NCBI GenBank assembly: GCA_044892525.1
Contig: CM097887.1
Span: forward strand, 95,396,397-95,460,396
Length of the DNA: 64,000 bases
Origin: Schmidtea polychroa
Lineage: Eukaryota
Reading direction: 5' to 3'
Part shown: positions 45,801 through 56,840 of the stretch, piece by piece
Layout: every line of letters begins with the position of its first letter
Numbering within the stretch: position 1 is the first letter of the stretch
Position numbers and translations under genes: made by a program
Notes under the pieces: generated by a model
Told to the model about the DNA's origin: nothing
Databases searched by the model: none
The model's input: the letters and a program-made list of their open reading frames with translations, nothing else

Positions 45801-48800
45801 TGTTTTTTTGGACAAGTCAGTGATCATTAAATCCATTCGTTCTCTTGGGTTTGGAACAAATAAACACATGTTATCTACGACGATAATAAGATGAGCTTTG
45901 ATCTTCAGACGAAATGGAATTAGTTTAAGACAATTTTCATGCCTCTCAGAACTAAGAGTTTTCCGTACCTTACACGACTGAAGTACGTGTGACATTGTCT
46001 CATCTTCAGTGTGACATCGACGACAGAGTCTTTTTTCATCTTTTTTGTAAAGCTTTGCATTGATTGAAAGAGTGTTTGTGCGAGCACGGTGAATGAAGTT
46101 CTAAGAAAATTAAGACAGATCACCGTGAAAAATTGCTTTATTTATTAGAGGTGAAAGTTTGATTGCTGATGCAATGATGTTGGAAGTGCTACCGTTCTCT
46201 CATTTTGTAAGGTAAGAGTCACAAAGTGCTATGTGCAAGACCTTAGACGTTGTTTGACGATGATCAGATTTCAAGATACATGTGCCACGCATTTCCGTTG
46301 TTATGTAGAGCGATGGCTCATGGTTTGTGATGATGAATGATATGTTGATCTTGTGCGTTCTTTCGAAAAATGCAACTGCACTCCCTAACCCCTAACCTTA
46401 ACCCAAATATTCTGAATAATAATATCAATTATTATTTAATGCTTGTTTAATGGTTTTTATCAATAGGTGAGAAAATACCATGAACCTTTATGTAAAAATC
46501 ATTAACCGATTTTTATGAAAATTTCAATTCATAGCAAATAAAGTATACTGATTTTATCTGTATTAAAAATAACTGTTAAAAATTATTTTTTGAAATTATT
46601 AAAAAAAAATCGTCCATACTTGGATTTGAACCTCATACAAAACGTCAAAATCAAAAATCTAAGAGTGAACAAACCACTTAACCACGTCAGTAACTTTTAT
46701 TAATAATAATAATAAATTTGACTTCTATTTGCATATGGAATATCATGCCATTCGGATAAAATACAGCAACAAAAGAGTCAGAATGAGGATGTTTAAGCAC
46801 AGATATGTTTTGAGATTATTTTGACTCAATAGTTATTGTCAATCGACCGAATAGTCCTTGGCTCTGATATTGTTTTGTCATCAGACTCGTGTTCTGGAAT
46901 ATGCATTTCGATTATTGGTTCGTGTTTATGTCATCATTAGTTTTCTTTCAAAATTAGAGCAAGAATAATAACGACACTCATCAGCAACCTAATATCTCAT
47001 GAGCACTATCTAAAATAAACTTTTGCAAAGTGCATAACCCTCTTAACTATATGAAATATATTTATACAAATAATTATATATTAAAATCCATCTCAGGGTG
47101 AGGAACATCTAAATTATTAAATATATACAATAGAAATACAAGTATACATCAATATTTGCTGATGCTATTGCTTGCAGGCTTTAGTGAACTATTTAGAAAA
47201 TTCGAGAACTGATCTTTATCAATGTCTTCCAAAGTCTGAGTATTGTGATAATTCCACCGCCTGGCAGAATGTCTGATATTACTAATCGCACATTCTTTCA
47301 ATAGAAATTTTAGCTCTTTATTATTCATACTTACTTTAGAGATTATTTCAGAAGTTTTCAAAGGAAAGGACCCTAAAGCTCCAATATTACAAGTGTCAAG
47401 GTCGACTTTAAAGTCAGGGTTGACAGCCTGTATTGCATTATTTATAGAGTCATATTTCCTCAAATTATGTTTATCAACTTGTTTAAAGTTAGTGACAGAG
47501 TCGCTCGGAAATTTCATATAAACTAAAATGATTGTTTTTTTGGACAAGTCAGTGATCATTAAATCCATTCGTTCTCTTGGGTTTGGAACAAATAAACACA
47601 TGTTATCTACGACGATAATAAGATGAGCTTTGATCTTCAGACGAAATGGAATTAGTTTAAGACAATTTTCATGCCTCTCAGAACTAAGAGTTTTCCGTAC
47701 CTTACACGACTGAAGTACGTGTGACATTGTCTCATCTTCAGTGTGACATCGACGACAGAGTCTTTTTTCATCTTTTTTGTAAAGCTTTGCATTGATTGAA
47801 AGAGTGTTTGTGCGAGCACGGTGAATGAAGTTCTAAGAAAATTCAGACAGATCACCGTGAAAAATTGCTTTATTTATTAGAGGTGAAAGTTTGATTGCTG
47901 ATGCAATGATGTTGGAAGTGCTACCGTTCTCTCATTTTGTAAGGTAAGAGTCACAAAGTGCTATGTGCAAGACCTTAGACGTTGTTTGACGATGATCAGA
48001 TTTCAAGATACATGTGCCACGCATTTCCGTTGTTATGTAGAGCGATGGCTCATGGTTTGTGATGATGAATGATATGTTGATCTTGTGCGTTCTTTCGAAA
48101 AATGCAACTGCACTCCCTAACCCCTAACCTTAACCCAAATATTCTGAATAATAATATCAATTATTATTTAATGCTTGTTTAATGGTTTTTTATCAATAGG
48201 TGAGAAAATACCATGAACCTTTATGTAAAAATCATTAACCGATTTTTATGAAAATTTCAATTCATAGCAAAAAAAGTATACTGATTCGATCTGTATTAAA
48301 AATAACTGTTAAAAATTATTTTTTGAAATTATTAAAAAAAATCGTCCATACTTGGATTTGAACCTCATACAAAACGTCAAAATCAAAAATCTAAGAGTGA
48401 ACAAACCACTTAACCACGTCAGTAACTTTTATTAATAATAATAATAAATTTGACTTGTATTTGCATATGGAATATCATGCCATTCGGATAAAATACAGCA
48501 ACAAAAGAGTCAGAATGAGGATGTTTAAGCACAGATGTGTTTTGAGATTATTTTGACTCAATAGTTATTGTCAATCGACCGAATAGTCCTTGGCTCTGAT
48601 ATTGTTTTGTCATCAGACTCGTGTTCTGGAATATGCATTTCGATTATTGGTTCGTGTTTATGTCATCATTAGTTTTCTTTCAAAATTAGAGCAAGAATAA
48701 TAACGACACTCATCAGCAACCTAATATCTCATGAGCACTATCTAAAATAAACTTTATCAAAGTGCATAAACCTGGTAACTATATGAAATATATTTATACA

Positions 48801-49496
48801 AATAATTATATATTAAAATCCATCTCAGGGTGAGGAACATCTAAATTATTAAATATATACAATAGAAATACAAGTATACATCAATATTTGCTGATGCTAT
48901 TGCTTGCAGGCTTTAGTAAACTATTTACAAAATTTGAGAACTGATCTTTATCAATGTCTTCCAAAGTCTGAGTATTGTGATAATTCCACCGCCTGGCAGA
49001 ATGTCTGATATTACTAATCGCACATTCTTTCAATAGAAATTTTAGCTCTTTATTATTCATACTTACTTTAGAGATTATTTCAGTTGTTTTCAAAGGAAAG
49101 GACCCTAAAGCTCCAATATTACAAGTGTCAAGGTCGACTTTAAAGTCAGGGTTGACAGCCTGTATTGCATTATTTATACAGTCATATTTCCTCAAATTAT
49201 GTTTATCAACTTGTTTAAAGTTAGTGACAGAGTCGCTCGGAAATTTCATATAAACTAAAATGATTGTTTTTTTGGACAAGTCAGTGATCATTAAATCCAT
49301 TCGTTCTCTTGGGTTTGGAACAAATAAACACATGTTATCTACGACGATAATAAGATGAGCTTTGATCTTCAGACGATATGAAATAAGTTTAAGACAATTT
49401 TCATGCCTCTCAGAACTAAGAGTTTTTCGTACCTTACACGACTGAAGTACGTGTGACATTGTCTCATCTTCAGTGTGACATCGACGACAGAGTCTT

Positions 49497-49737
49497 AGTA
49501 GTGGATATAAGACTTACACCCGCACACCTACCATGACCCAAAGAACTACCAATACCCTTAGTTTATAGTAAAAAAGACCTCTTTGCCTTTCAATTTTATT
49601 CATCTTTTTCATTTTTTTCAAAAACATACCCCTAGCATTTCATCCATTAAACCCTAAAAATATAGGGAAAAATGGAGAAGAAATGGTGGCGCAATAATTG
49701 CATGAAGGTGGCGGGTGTGAGTCTTATATCCACTACT
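49497..49737. repeat. 241-bp segment bounded by 33/32-bp inverted repeats with Polinton-type AGTAGT...ACTACT ends
   Basis: Left arm AGTAGTGGATATAAGACTTACACCCGCACACCT (49497-49529). Right arm AGGTGGCGGGTGTGAGTCTTATATCCACTACT (49706-49737) is its reverse complement with 1 substitution and 1 indel; the terminal 18 bp are perfect. Confidence 0.9.
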
Positions 49738-49750
49738 TATCTTTATCGTT

Positions 49751-49814
49751 TTGGCAAATCACCAGTTTGGCAAGCAGCCAGTTTGGCAAGCTGCCTGAAT
49801 TGGTAAATCGCTGT
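49751..49814 (+). promoter_or_regulatory. Four degenerate 16-17 bp direct repeats resembling NFI/CTF sites (TTGGC-N5-GCCAA) upstream of pPolB
   Basis: TTGGCAAATCACCAG (49751), TTGGCAAGCAGCCAG (49767), TTGGCAAGCTGCCTG (49783), TTGGTAAATCGCTGT (49800). The repeats are seen directly; the factor assignment is inference. Confidence 0.4.
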
Positions 49815-49919
49815 TTGATGGATTATAAACAAATAAAAAATTTAAAATTTAAAACCAAAAATATAAAAATTTTAAAAATTTAAAAAACAGAGTATCCAAT
49901 AAAAATTTTTTTTTAATAA

Positions 49920-52900
49920 ATGAATGATTATAATTGCGAGGTTTGTCAAAAAATTTTTAAAAACAGAACAGCTCTACTATCTCATCAAAAATCAAAAGCA
50001 CATTTATTAAAAACAAATAGACTTGATAATTCAAACTCAAAAATCTGTACTAAATGCAAAGTAAGATATTTACATTCAGGATATGATAAACATTTTTCAA
50101 GTTGTATTGGGGTTTCTAAAATTAGAGAAAAATTTGAATGTCCCATATGCAAATCAAAATTTAATATAAAATCTAATTATTTAAAACATGTAAAATCATG
50201 TGCTATAAAAAATAAACAACCAATACCTAAAAGAGATTCTGATTCTGAGTCTGATTCTGATGTTGAACCTGAACATATTGAAAAAGAAAATTATAATTGG
50301 GATAACTTCAATCACACAGATGTATTTGGAGGTCAAATGTTTGCCTCCACAATCGCAGAGTATATAAGAGCAAATAAACAAAACATAAAAAATTCAATGG
50401 ACAATGCTATAAGAGTTTTTGGTCAATCAAGATTCAACATTATAAAATATAAAGTTAGAATCGCCACAAAATATTGGAGAGGAGAAGGAGCAGATACTTC
50501 CCCTTTAGATTCCATTGTTGAATCGACTTTTAAATATTTATTCTCAACAAAAGCAATAAATAAAACCATCAATGATTTATGCAAAGAGATGGGAGAACAA
50601 CAAGAACAAATAGAACAAGAATTGGGAGAATCAAATTTAAGATTCCATTCTTTCCAATCTATAGAAATTGAATATTGGAGAGCAGCACCCCCAAATCCAA
50701 AATCTTATATCCGTACACCATTCCCTTCTAATTATGTTATAAATGTACAGAATGGTGATAATAAATGTTTCCAATGGGCAATACTTGCTCACTTACATCC
50801 TCAAGCAAGGAATGCTCAAAGGGTTTCCAAATATAAAGAATATGAAAATGAATTAATATATCCAGAAGGATTTGAACACCCGATGAAAATTGAATACATT
50901 CCAAAATTTGAAGAATTAAATAATCTTAAACTTAATATTTATGAAAATGTTCCATCTAAGGGTGTTTTAAAACATATTGTTCCAATTTATATTTCAAATA
51001 AAGAATTATCAGAACAAGATAAAAATAGAGAAATAGATCTTTTAATATTAGAAGAATTTAATAAAGTTGATCTAAGAGATAGCAATCAAGGTTATGTTTA
51101 TAATGAAGAGGATGAAGAGGCAGGCCAAGATTTAAATCTTCATGAGGAGGAAGAAGATCCTGGATTATTTGAGTCGGCACTAGATGAAGAGGAATTGCAA
51201 GCGGGAATAGATGAGAAGGACCTACCAGACTTAGAAAGAAATCAACATTATGTTTTAATAAAAAACTTTCAAAGTTTTATGCGCTCAAAAAATCTAGCTA
51301 GAGGTGGAACAACTTGTAAAAGATGTTTACATTATTCCACAACAAAAAATGCTATAATTAAACATGAAAGATTATGTGAGAAGAACAAACCTTCTTTAAT
51401 TAAAATGCCCACAAACAAAGACATGCATTTTAAAAATTATTCAAATTTATTAGAATCATTAGGTGTAATAATAGGAGACTTTGAAGTAATAAATATAGAA
51501 CATGATTTAGAAAAAGAATATTTAAAAATAATAGAAAAACATAATTTATTAGATTCTTGGAGAGAGTTTGTTGGAAGGCAGGAGGGCAAAGGTCCAGTAT
51601 GGCAGAGCATGAAAAACTTTCTGTGGGAAAATAGAAAATCTTATACAATAAGAACCGCTAAACAAATACCTTCAGCTTATAAACTATTTTTTAAAAGTAA
51701 TTATCCTGAACTCATAGAATCTAAAGAATATTCATATAGAGGAACTTCTTCTGAAGATGCTTTAAACCATTTTGTCAATAGTATAAATCACCTAGAACAC
51801 GAATTATTTATAATATTAAAAACAGATTATAAAATAAATTTCTCAGATGAACAATGGGAAGAATATGAAAATGCTTCAAATTGTTGGATGTGTAAACAAC
51901 CATTCGTGAGCTCTAGGAATCCAACCTCTAGGAATCCTGAGTCTTTGAATCCTGAGTCTTTGAATCCTGAGTTTTTGAATCCTGAGTCTTTGAATCCTGA
52001 GTCTTTGAATCCTGAGTCTTTGAATCCTGAGTCTTTGAATCCTGAGTCTTTGAATCCTGAGTCTTTGAATCCTGAGTCTTTGAATCCTGAGTCTTCGGAT
52101 GTAGAATCTTTAGACCCCGAGTCTTCTAACATAGAACCTTTGGATATTAGACCTTCAGACGTTGAGTCTTTGAATCCTGAGTCTTATACCAGGATTATTG
52201 AAGAAGAACATTCAGATAAAGTTCCTGATCATGATCATTTTAAAAGTGAAAATAATTATCGAGGAGCAGCCCATAAAAAATGCAATCTTAATTGTCACAC
52301 TCCTAAATTTATACCTGTTATATTTCATAATCTTTTTGGGTATGATTTGCATTTATTTATAAAGGCTCTAGCTGTAAATGCTAAAAACTCTTTCAAGGTT
52401 ATCGGCTTAACAAAAGAAAAATATAAATGTGTGCAATATGGTTGTTTAAAATTTATAGACTCGTTAAACTTTCTTCAAATGTCTCTAGATGCAATAGCTA
52501 AAACAATGAAACCAGAAGATTTTAAATATACAACAGAGCATGTTTTGTAAAAAAATAATATTCCTCCAGAAGAATATTCTACATGCCTAGCAAAAGGAGT
52601 ATATCCATATGATTACATGAATTCATTTGAAAGATATAATGAAACAAAATTACCAGAGGAAGAAGTATTCTATTCAAAACTACAACTATCAAATATTACA
52701 GATCAAGAATATTCTCGAGCAAATAAAATGTGGGAATTATTCAACTGTAAAAACCTTGGAGAATATACTGACATGTATTTATCCCTTGATGTTTATATTT
52801 TAGCCGACTGTTTTGAAATCTTCTGTAATACCTTTGAATTAAAACCATATAATTATATAACACTGCCAGCTCTAGCTTGGGATATAATGTTATATAATAA

Positions 52901-54787
52901 ATAGATTTCTGGGGATTCTGATAAGAATAAAAAAATAGAATTAATAAAAGATGCTGACATGTTTAATCTATTTAAACAAAATATTAGAGGAGGTATTTCT
53001 TCTGTAATGGGGGATAGAGAAATAACCACAAATAATTCCATAACTCTTATTAGAAAATATTTTAAAGATACTGATGCAGACTATATTAAAATAGAAACTC
53101 CAGAAGATTCTAAATTAATAATGGAGGGTTTAACCGATCCATTTGAAATACTTTATGTCGATGCAAATGCTCTATATGGGGGTAAAATGAGTGAATATTT
53201 ACCAACTGATGAGTTCTCCTGGGTTGATATTCCTAAAGAAACAGATAAACTAAATGCTCTTATAAAAAAATACTTTTAACCCCTAAAGATTCTGATATCG
53301 GATATGCTATAGAATGTGATCTCGAGTACCCAGATAGAATAAAATCTAGAACTAGATTTCTTCCCTATGCAGCAATAAAAAGAATGATAAATCTAGAAGA
53401 ACTTTCACCTTGGCAAATTTTAAAACTTATAGCAATCACAATAAAACTTTTATGTGACCAAACTGATAGAGAATATTATCTCTGTCATTATAGACTCCTT
53501 CAATTTTATCTTTCTCACGGAATGCGTTTGAAGAAGATTCATAATATTATAAAATTCAAACAAGCACCATATATGAAAAACTTCATAGCGGGAAATATCG
53601 AGAAAAGAAATGAAGCAAAAAAAGTTGGAAATATCTATCTAGATGTGATTTATAAACTTTTAAATAATGCAGTCTTTGGCAAGACTATGGAAAATGTTGA
53701 CAAATACACACGAATAGAACTCCTAACAAATACTCAAAAGGATTTTAATAGATATAATCGAATGCTTGGAAAACCAACATTTAAGAATGCTGAAGTATTC
53801 TCAAAGAATCTAGTTGCAATTGAAATAAAAAATAATGAAAAAACTTATAATAAACCAATCTCTATGGGTTTTGCAATCTTAGAGCTTTCTAAATTACAAA
53901 TGTATGAAGCCTATTATGATGTTTTTACTCCTCATTTTGGAGATCGAGTATGCTTATGTGCAATGGATACAGATAGTTTCTTTTTAAAAATACATGGTAA
54001 AGATGTGAAAAAAGAAATAGCTGAAAATCCTACACTTTCAAAACTAATAAATTCATCTGGAGAATTATTTGCCTTCAAAGATGAAAAACCAAATAAGATA
54101 ATATTAGATGCAGTATTTATTAGATCTAAACAATATTCTCTTGAAGAGATGGAAAAACCAAAAACAGAAAAGCAAACAATTAAAATCATGTATAAAAATC
54201 CAATAACTAAAGAAACAGAAGAAATGGATTATACATTTGAACGACCAATAATAACAAATGGAAAAACTTTTAAAGATAATAAATGTAAAGGGATACAGAG
54301 AGCAGTATCTAAGAATATCACTCATCAAGATTATAAAAATTGTCTAAAAGAAAACCATCAAGATAAAATAGAAGAGGGTCATCAACTTAAATCTGAGAAG
54401 CATAATATGTATCTACAAGAATCGGCTAAGATATCATTATCTAATTATGATGACAAAAGATTCATCTTAACCGATATGAAAACAACTCTCCCAATTGGAA
54501 ATGATTTAATTCCAATAATAAAAAATTTGGATAAAATAAATGAATTTTATAACTTAAAAATTACCGATCTGGATATTTATAAAGTCGAGATTATTTATCC
54601 AGAGGTCCTACCACAATTTGATTATCTTGATAATAAACCTCTATATCCTCAAGTTAAAAACTCAATCTCTATAGAGGAAAAATGTTTCAACACTGAAGAA
54701 GAATATATAAAAAATCTAACTGATGAAGAATTTAATTATAATAAAAATCAGTTAAGTAGACTTTCAGTGACTTTCAGTCATGACTGA
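49920..54787 (+). pseudogene. polB: Protein-primed family B DNA polymerase of Polinton/Maverick type, disrupted
   Basis: N-terminal C2H2-like fingers (CEVC..H..H; CPIC..H..C) and NVQNGDNKCFQWAIL. Exonuclease motifs DFE, FHNLFGYD and YLSLDVYILAD, plus KGVYPYDY. Polymerase motifs YVDANALYG, KLLNNAVFGK, MDTDS and KCKGI. In-frame stops at 52548-52550 and 52902-52904, and a frameshift near 53277-53280. Confidence 0.95.
51939..52088 (+). repeat. In-frame 15-bp minisatellite (GAGTCTTTGAATCCT)x10 encoding ESLNP, with degenerate flanking copies to ~52195
   Basis: Ten consecutive units, one with a C>T variant giving EFLNP. They lie between CWMC and DHDH..YRGAAHKKCN of the endonuclease-VII-like insert in pPolB. 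Confidence 0.97.
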
Positions 54788-54873
54788 ATCTATTGTTTTT
54801 TAGATTTAAAAATGAGTAATCCAATCCTGACTAATGAAGATTTAAAAATAATATATGAAAATATAAAATCATA

Positions 54874-55176
54874 TTATAACGATTCAAAAGTTATTTTATC
54901 TAAAACATTATTTAATGATTTAATTAATGAATTTCTTCGATTTAAAAATAATAGTATACAGATCTCAAGAATATTTCTTATTAAGATTTTTATTATCGTT
55001 TGTCTCATAGTAGAATCCGAAGTACCTAAAATTTTACAAATTTGAGATTGAGTAAAATTAGGATTCTCACTTAAAATCTTAGTAAACTCTAAAGCTTTTT
55101 CTTTTAATAAAAACATGTTTAATTTAGAAGTATCAACTATAGCAACTTGATCTACTTTTTTTAAAAATACATCCAT
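54874..55176 (-). CDS. Small Maverick ORF with a helix-turn-helix-like segment; C-terminus possibly frameshifted
   Basis: ENPNFTQSQICKILGTSDSTMRQ has HTH-type spacing, and the ORF is convergent with pPolB and tightly packed against the next ORF. Confidence 0.5.
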   Translation of the reverse strand: MDVFLKKVDQVAIVDTSKLNMFLLKEKALEFTKILSENPNFTQSQICKILGTSDSTMRQTIIKILIRNILEICILLFLNRRNSLIKSLNNVLDKITFESL

Positions 55177-55177
55177 T

Positions 55178-55516
55178 TTATAAGTAAGAATTCTTTAACC
55201 ATTTTTCTCGAGATGTTTTTTTATTACTTATAACATTAGCCACCATGCCCTCCCTTTTTAATCTTATAACCTCATTCTTTATATCTTGTATTATTTGATT
55301 TGATTTCATTATTTCTTCGTCTGTCAGGATTCCATCTTCCAAAGCTTTTAATTGAAATAAAAATAATTTAGAGATTCCTAATTCTATTGATAAACAAACT
55401 TCTCTATATAAACTTTTCTTTTTAGAAGTATAAGATAATGAAACTATTTCAGTTAAGAAACCATCAGCTACAGAAATACTTCCAAGTATTACAGGTGCAA
55501 GAGTAACAACTGGTAA
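55178..55516 (-). pseudogene. C-terminal part of a conserved Polinton/adintovirus small protein (resembles the 'gasderminX'-type family); N-terminus lost
   Basis: A hydrophobic segment (LPVVTLAPVILGSISV) followed by KALEDGILTDEE, resembling the ALxDGxIsxEEF motif of that family from recall, not from a search. It is cut at the deletion junction. Confidence 0.5.
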
Positions 55517-56840
55517 AGATTTCAAGATACATGTGCCACGCATTTCCGTTGTTATGTAGAGCGATGGCTCATGGTTTGTGATGATGAATGATATGTTGAT
55601 CGTGTGCGTTCTTTCGAAAAATGCAACTGCACTCCCTAACCCCTAACCTTAACCCAAATATTCTGAATAATAATATCAATTATTATTTAATGCTTGTTTA
55701 ATGGTTTTTTATCAATAGGTGAGAAAATACCATGAACCTTTATGTAAAAATCATTAACCGATTTTTATGAAAATTTCAATTTATAGCAAATAAAGTATAC
55801 TGATTCGATCTGTATTAAAAATAACTGTTAAAAATTATTTTTTGAAATTATAACAAAAAAGTCGTCCATACTTGGATTTGAACCTCATACAAAACGTCAC
55901 AATCAAAAATCTAAGAGTGAACAAACCACTTAACCACGTCAGTAACTTTTATTAATAATAATAATAAATTTGACTTGTATTTGCATATGGAATATCATGC
56001 CATTCGGATAAAATACAGCAACATAAGAGTCAGAATGAGGATGTTTAAGCACAGATGTGTTTTGAGATTATTTTGACTCAATAGTTATTGTCAATCGACC
56101 GAATAGTCCTTGGCTTTGATATTGTTTTGTCATCAGACTCGTGTTCTGGCATATGCATTTCGATTATTGGTTCGTGTTTATGTCATCATTAGTTTTCTTT
56201 CAAAATTAGAGCAAGAATAATAACGACACTCATCAGCAACCTAATATCTCATGAGCACTATCTAAAATAAACTTTTGCAAAGTGCATAACCCTGTTAACT
56301 ATATGAAATATATTTATACAAATAATTATATATTAAAATCCATCTCAGGGTGAGGAACATCTAAATTATTAAATATATACAATAGAAATAAAAGTATACA
56401 TCAATATTTGCTGATGCTATTGCTTGCAGGCTTTAGTGAACTATTTAGAAAATTCGAGAACTGATCTTTATCAATGTCTTCCAAAGTCTGAGTATTGTGA
56501 TAATTCCACCGCCTGGCAGAATGTCTGATATTACTAATCGCACATTCTTTCAATAGAAATTTTAGCTCTTTATTATTAATACTTACTTTAGACATTATTT
56601 CAGAAGTTTTCAAATGAAAGGACCCTAAACTTCAATAATACAATTGTCAAGGTCGACTTTAAAGTCAGGTTTGACAGCCTGTATTGCATTATTTAAAGAA
56701 TCATATTTCCCCAAATTATGTTTATCAACTTGTTTAAAGTTAGTGACAGAGTCGCTCGGAAATTTCATATAAACTAAAATGATTGTTTTTTTGGACAAGT
56801 CAGTGATCATTAAATCCATTCGTTCCCTTGGGTTTGGAAC
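55517..56840. repeat. Divergent continuation of the satellite (unit position ~1223 to ~817 of the next unit)
   Basis: Resumes at AGATTTCAAGATACATG. The RLE frame is broken into 70-aa and 64-aa pieces by private substitutions and a 1-bp deletion near 56630. Confidence 0.95.

Larger units (their letters stand above)
1..49496. repeat. Tandem array (macrosatellite) of a 1732-1733 bp composite unit; 28 complete units plus a partial 29th; continues beyond the left edge
   Basis: The same 192-aa minus-strand ORF recurs at 374, 2107, 3839, 5572 ... 47149, 48881 with 1733/1732 bp spacing, and the nucleotide sequence is near-identical unit to unit. The last unit (starts 48508) is cut after ...GACAGAGTCTT at 49496. 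Confidence 0.99.
49497..55516 (+). mobile_element. Truncated Polinton/Maverick (pPolB-encoding virus-like transposon); left part only
   Basis: Starts with AGTAGT exactly where the satellite unit breaks and contains a pPolB gene near the left end. No integrase, ATPase, protease, capsid or matching right end appears before the satellite resumes at 55517. Confidence 0.88.

Noticed and set aside
1-49496. CRISPR-like array or array of functional protein genes
   Set aside because: Whole 1.7-kb units are duplicated with no unique spacers; the context is eukaryotic; the ORF is a truncated, stop-containing TE fragment.
49491-49743. AGTCTT/TATCTT as a true 6-bp TSD of a stand-alone 241-bp element
   Set aside because: Only 4/6 identical, and the sequence after TATCTT is Maverick interior, not the satellite continuation.
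49698-49883. 61-aa plus-strand ORF upstream of pPolB
   Set aside because: It overlaps the inverted arm, the direct repeats and A-rich low-complexity sequence; no protein-like features.
51827-52132. 101-aa antisense ORF with KDSGF repeats, and other antisense ORFs over pPolB and Penelope (50196, 51430, 52853, 53932, 54104, 62395, 62466, 63473, 63496, 63756), plus 54812 opposite the HTH ORF
   Set aside because: They are shadows of the coding strand; the KDSGF frame is simply the reverse complement of the stop-free 15-bp repeat.
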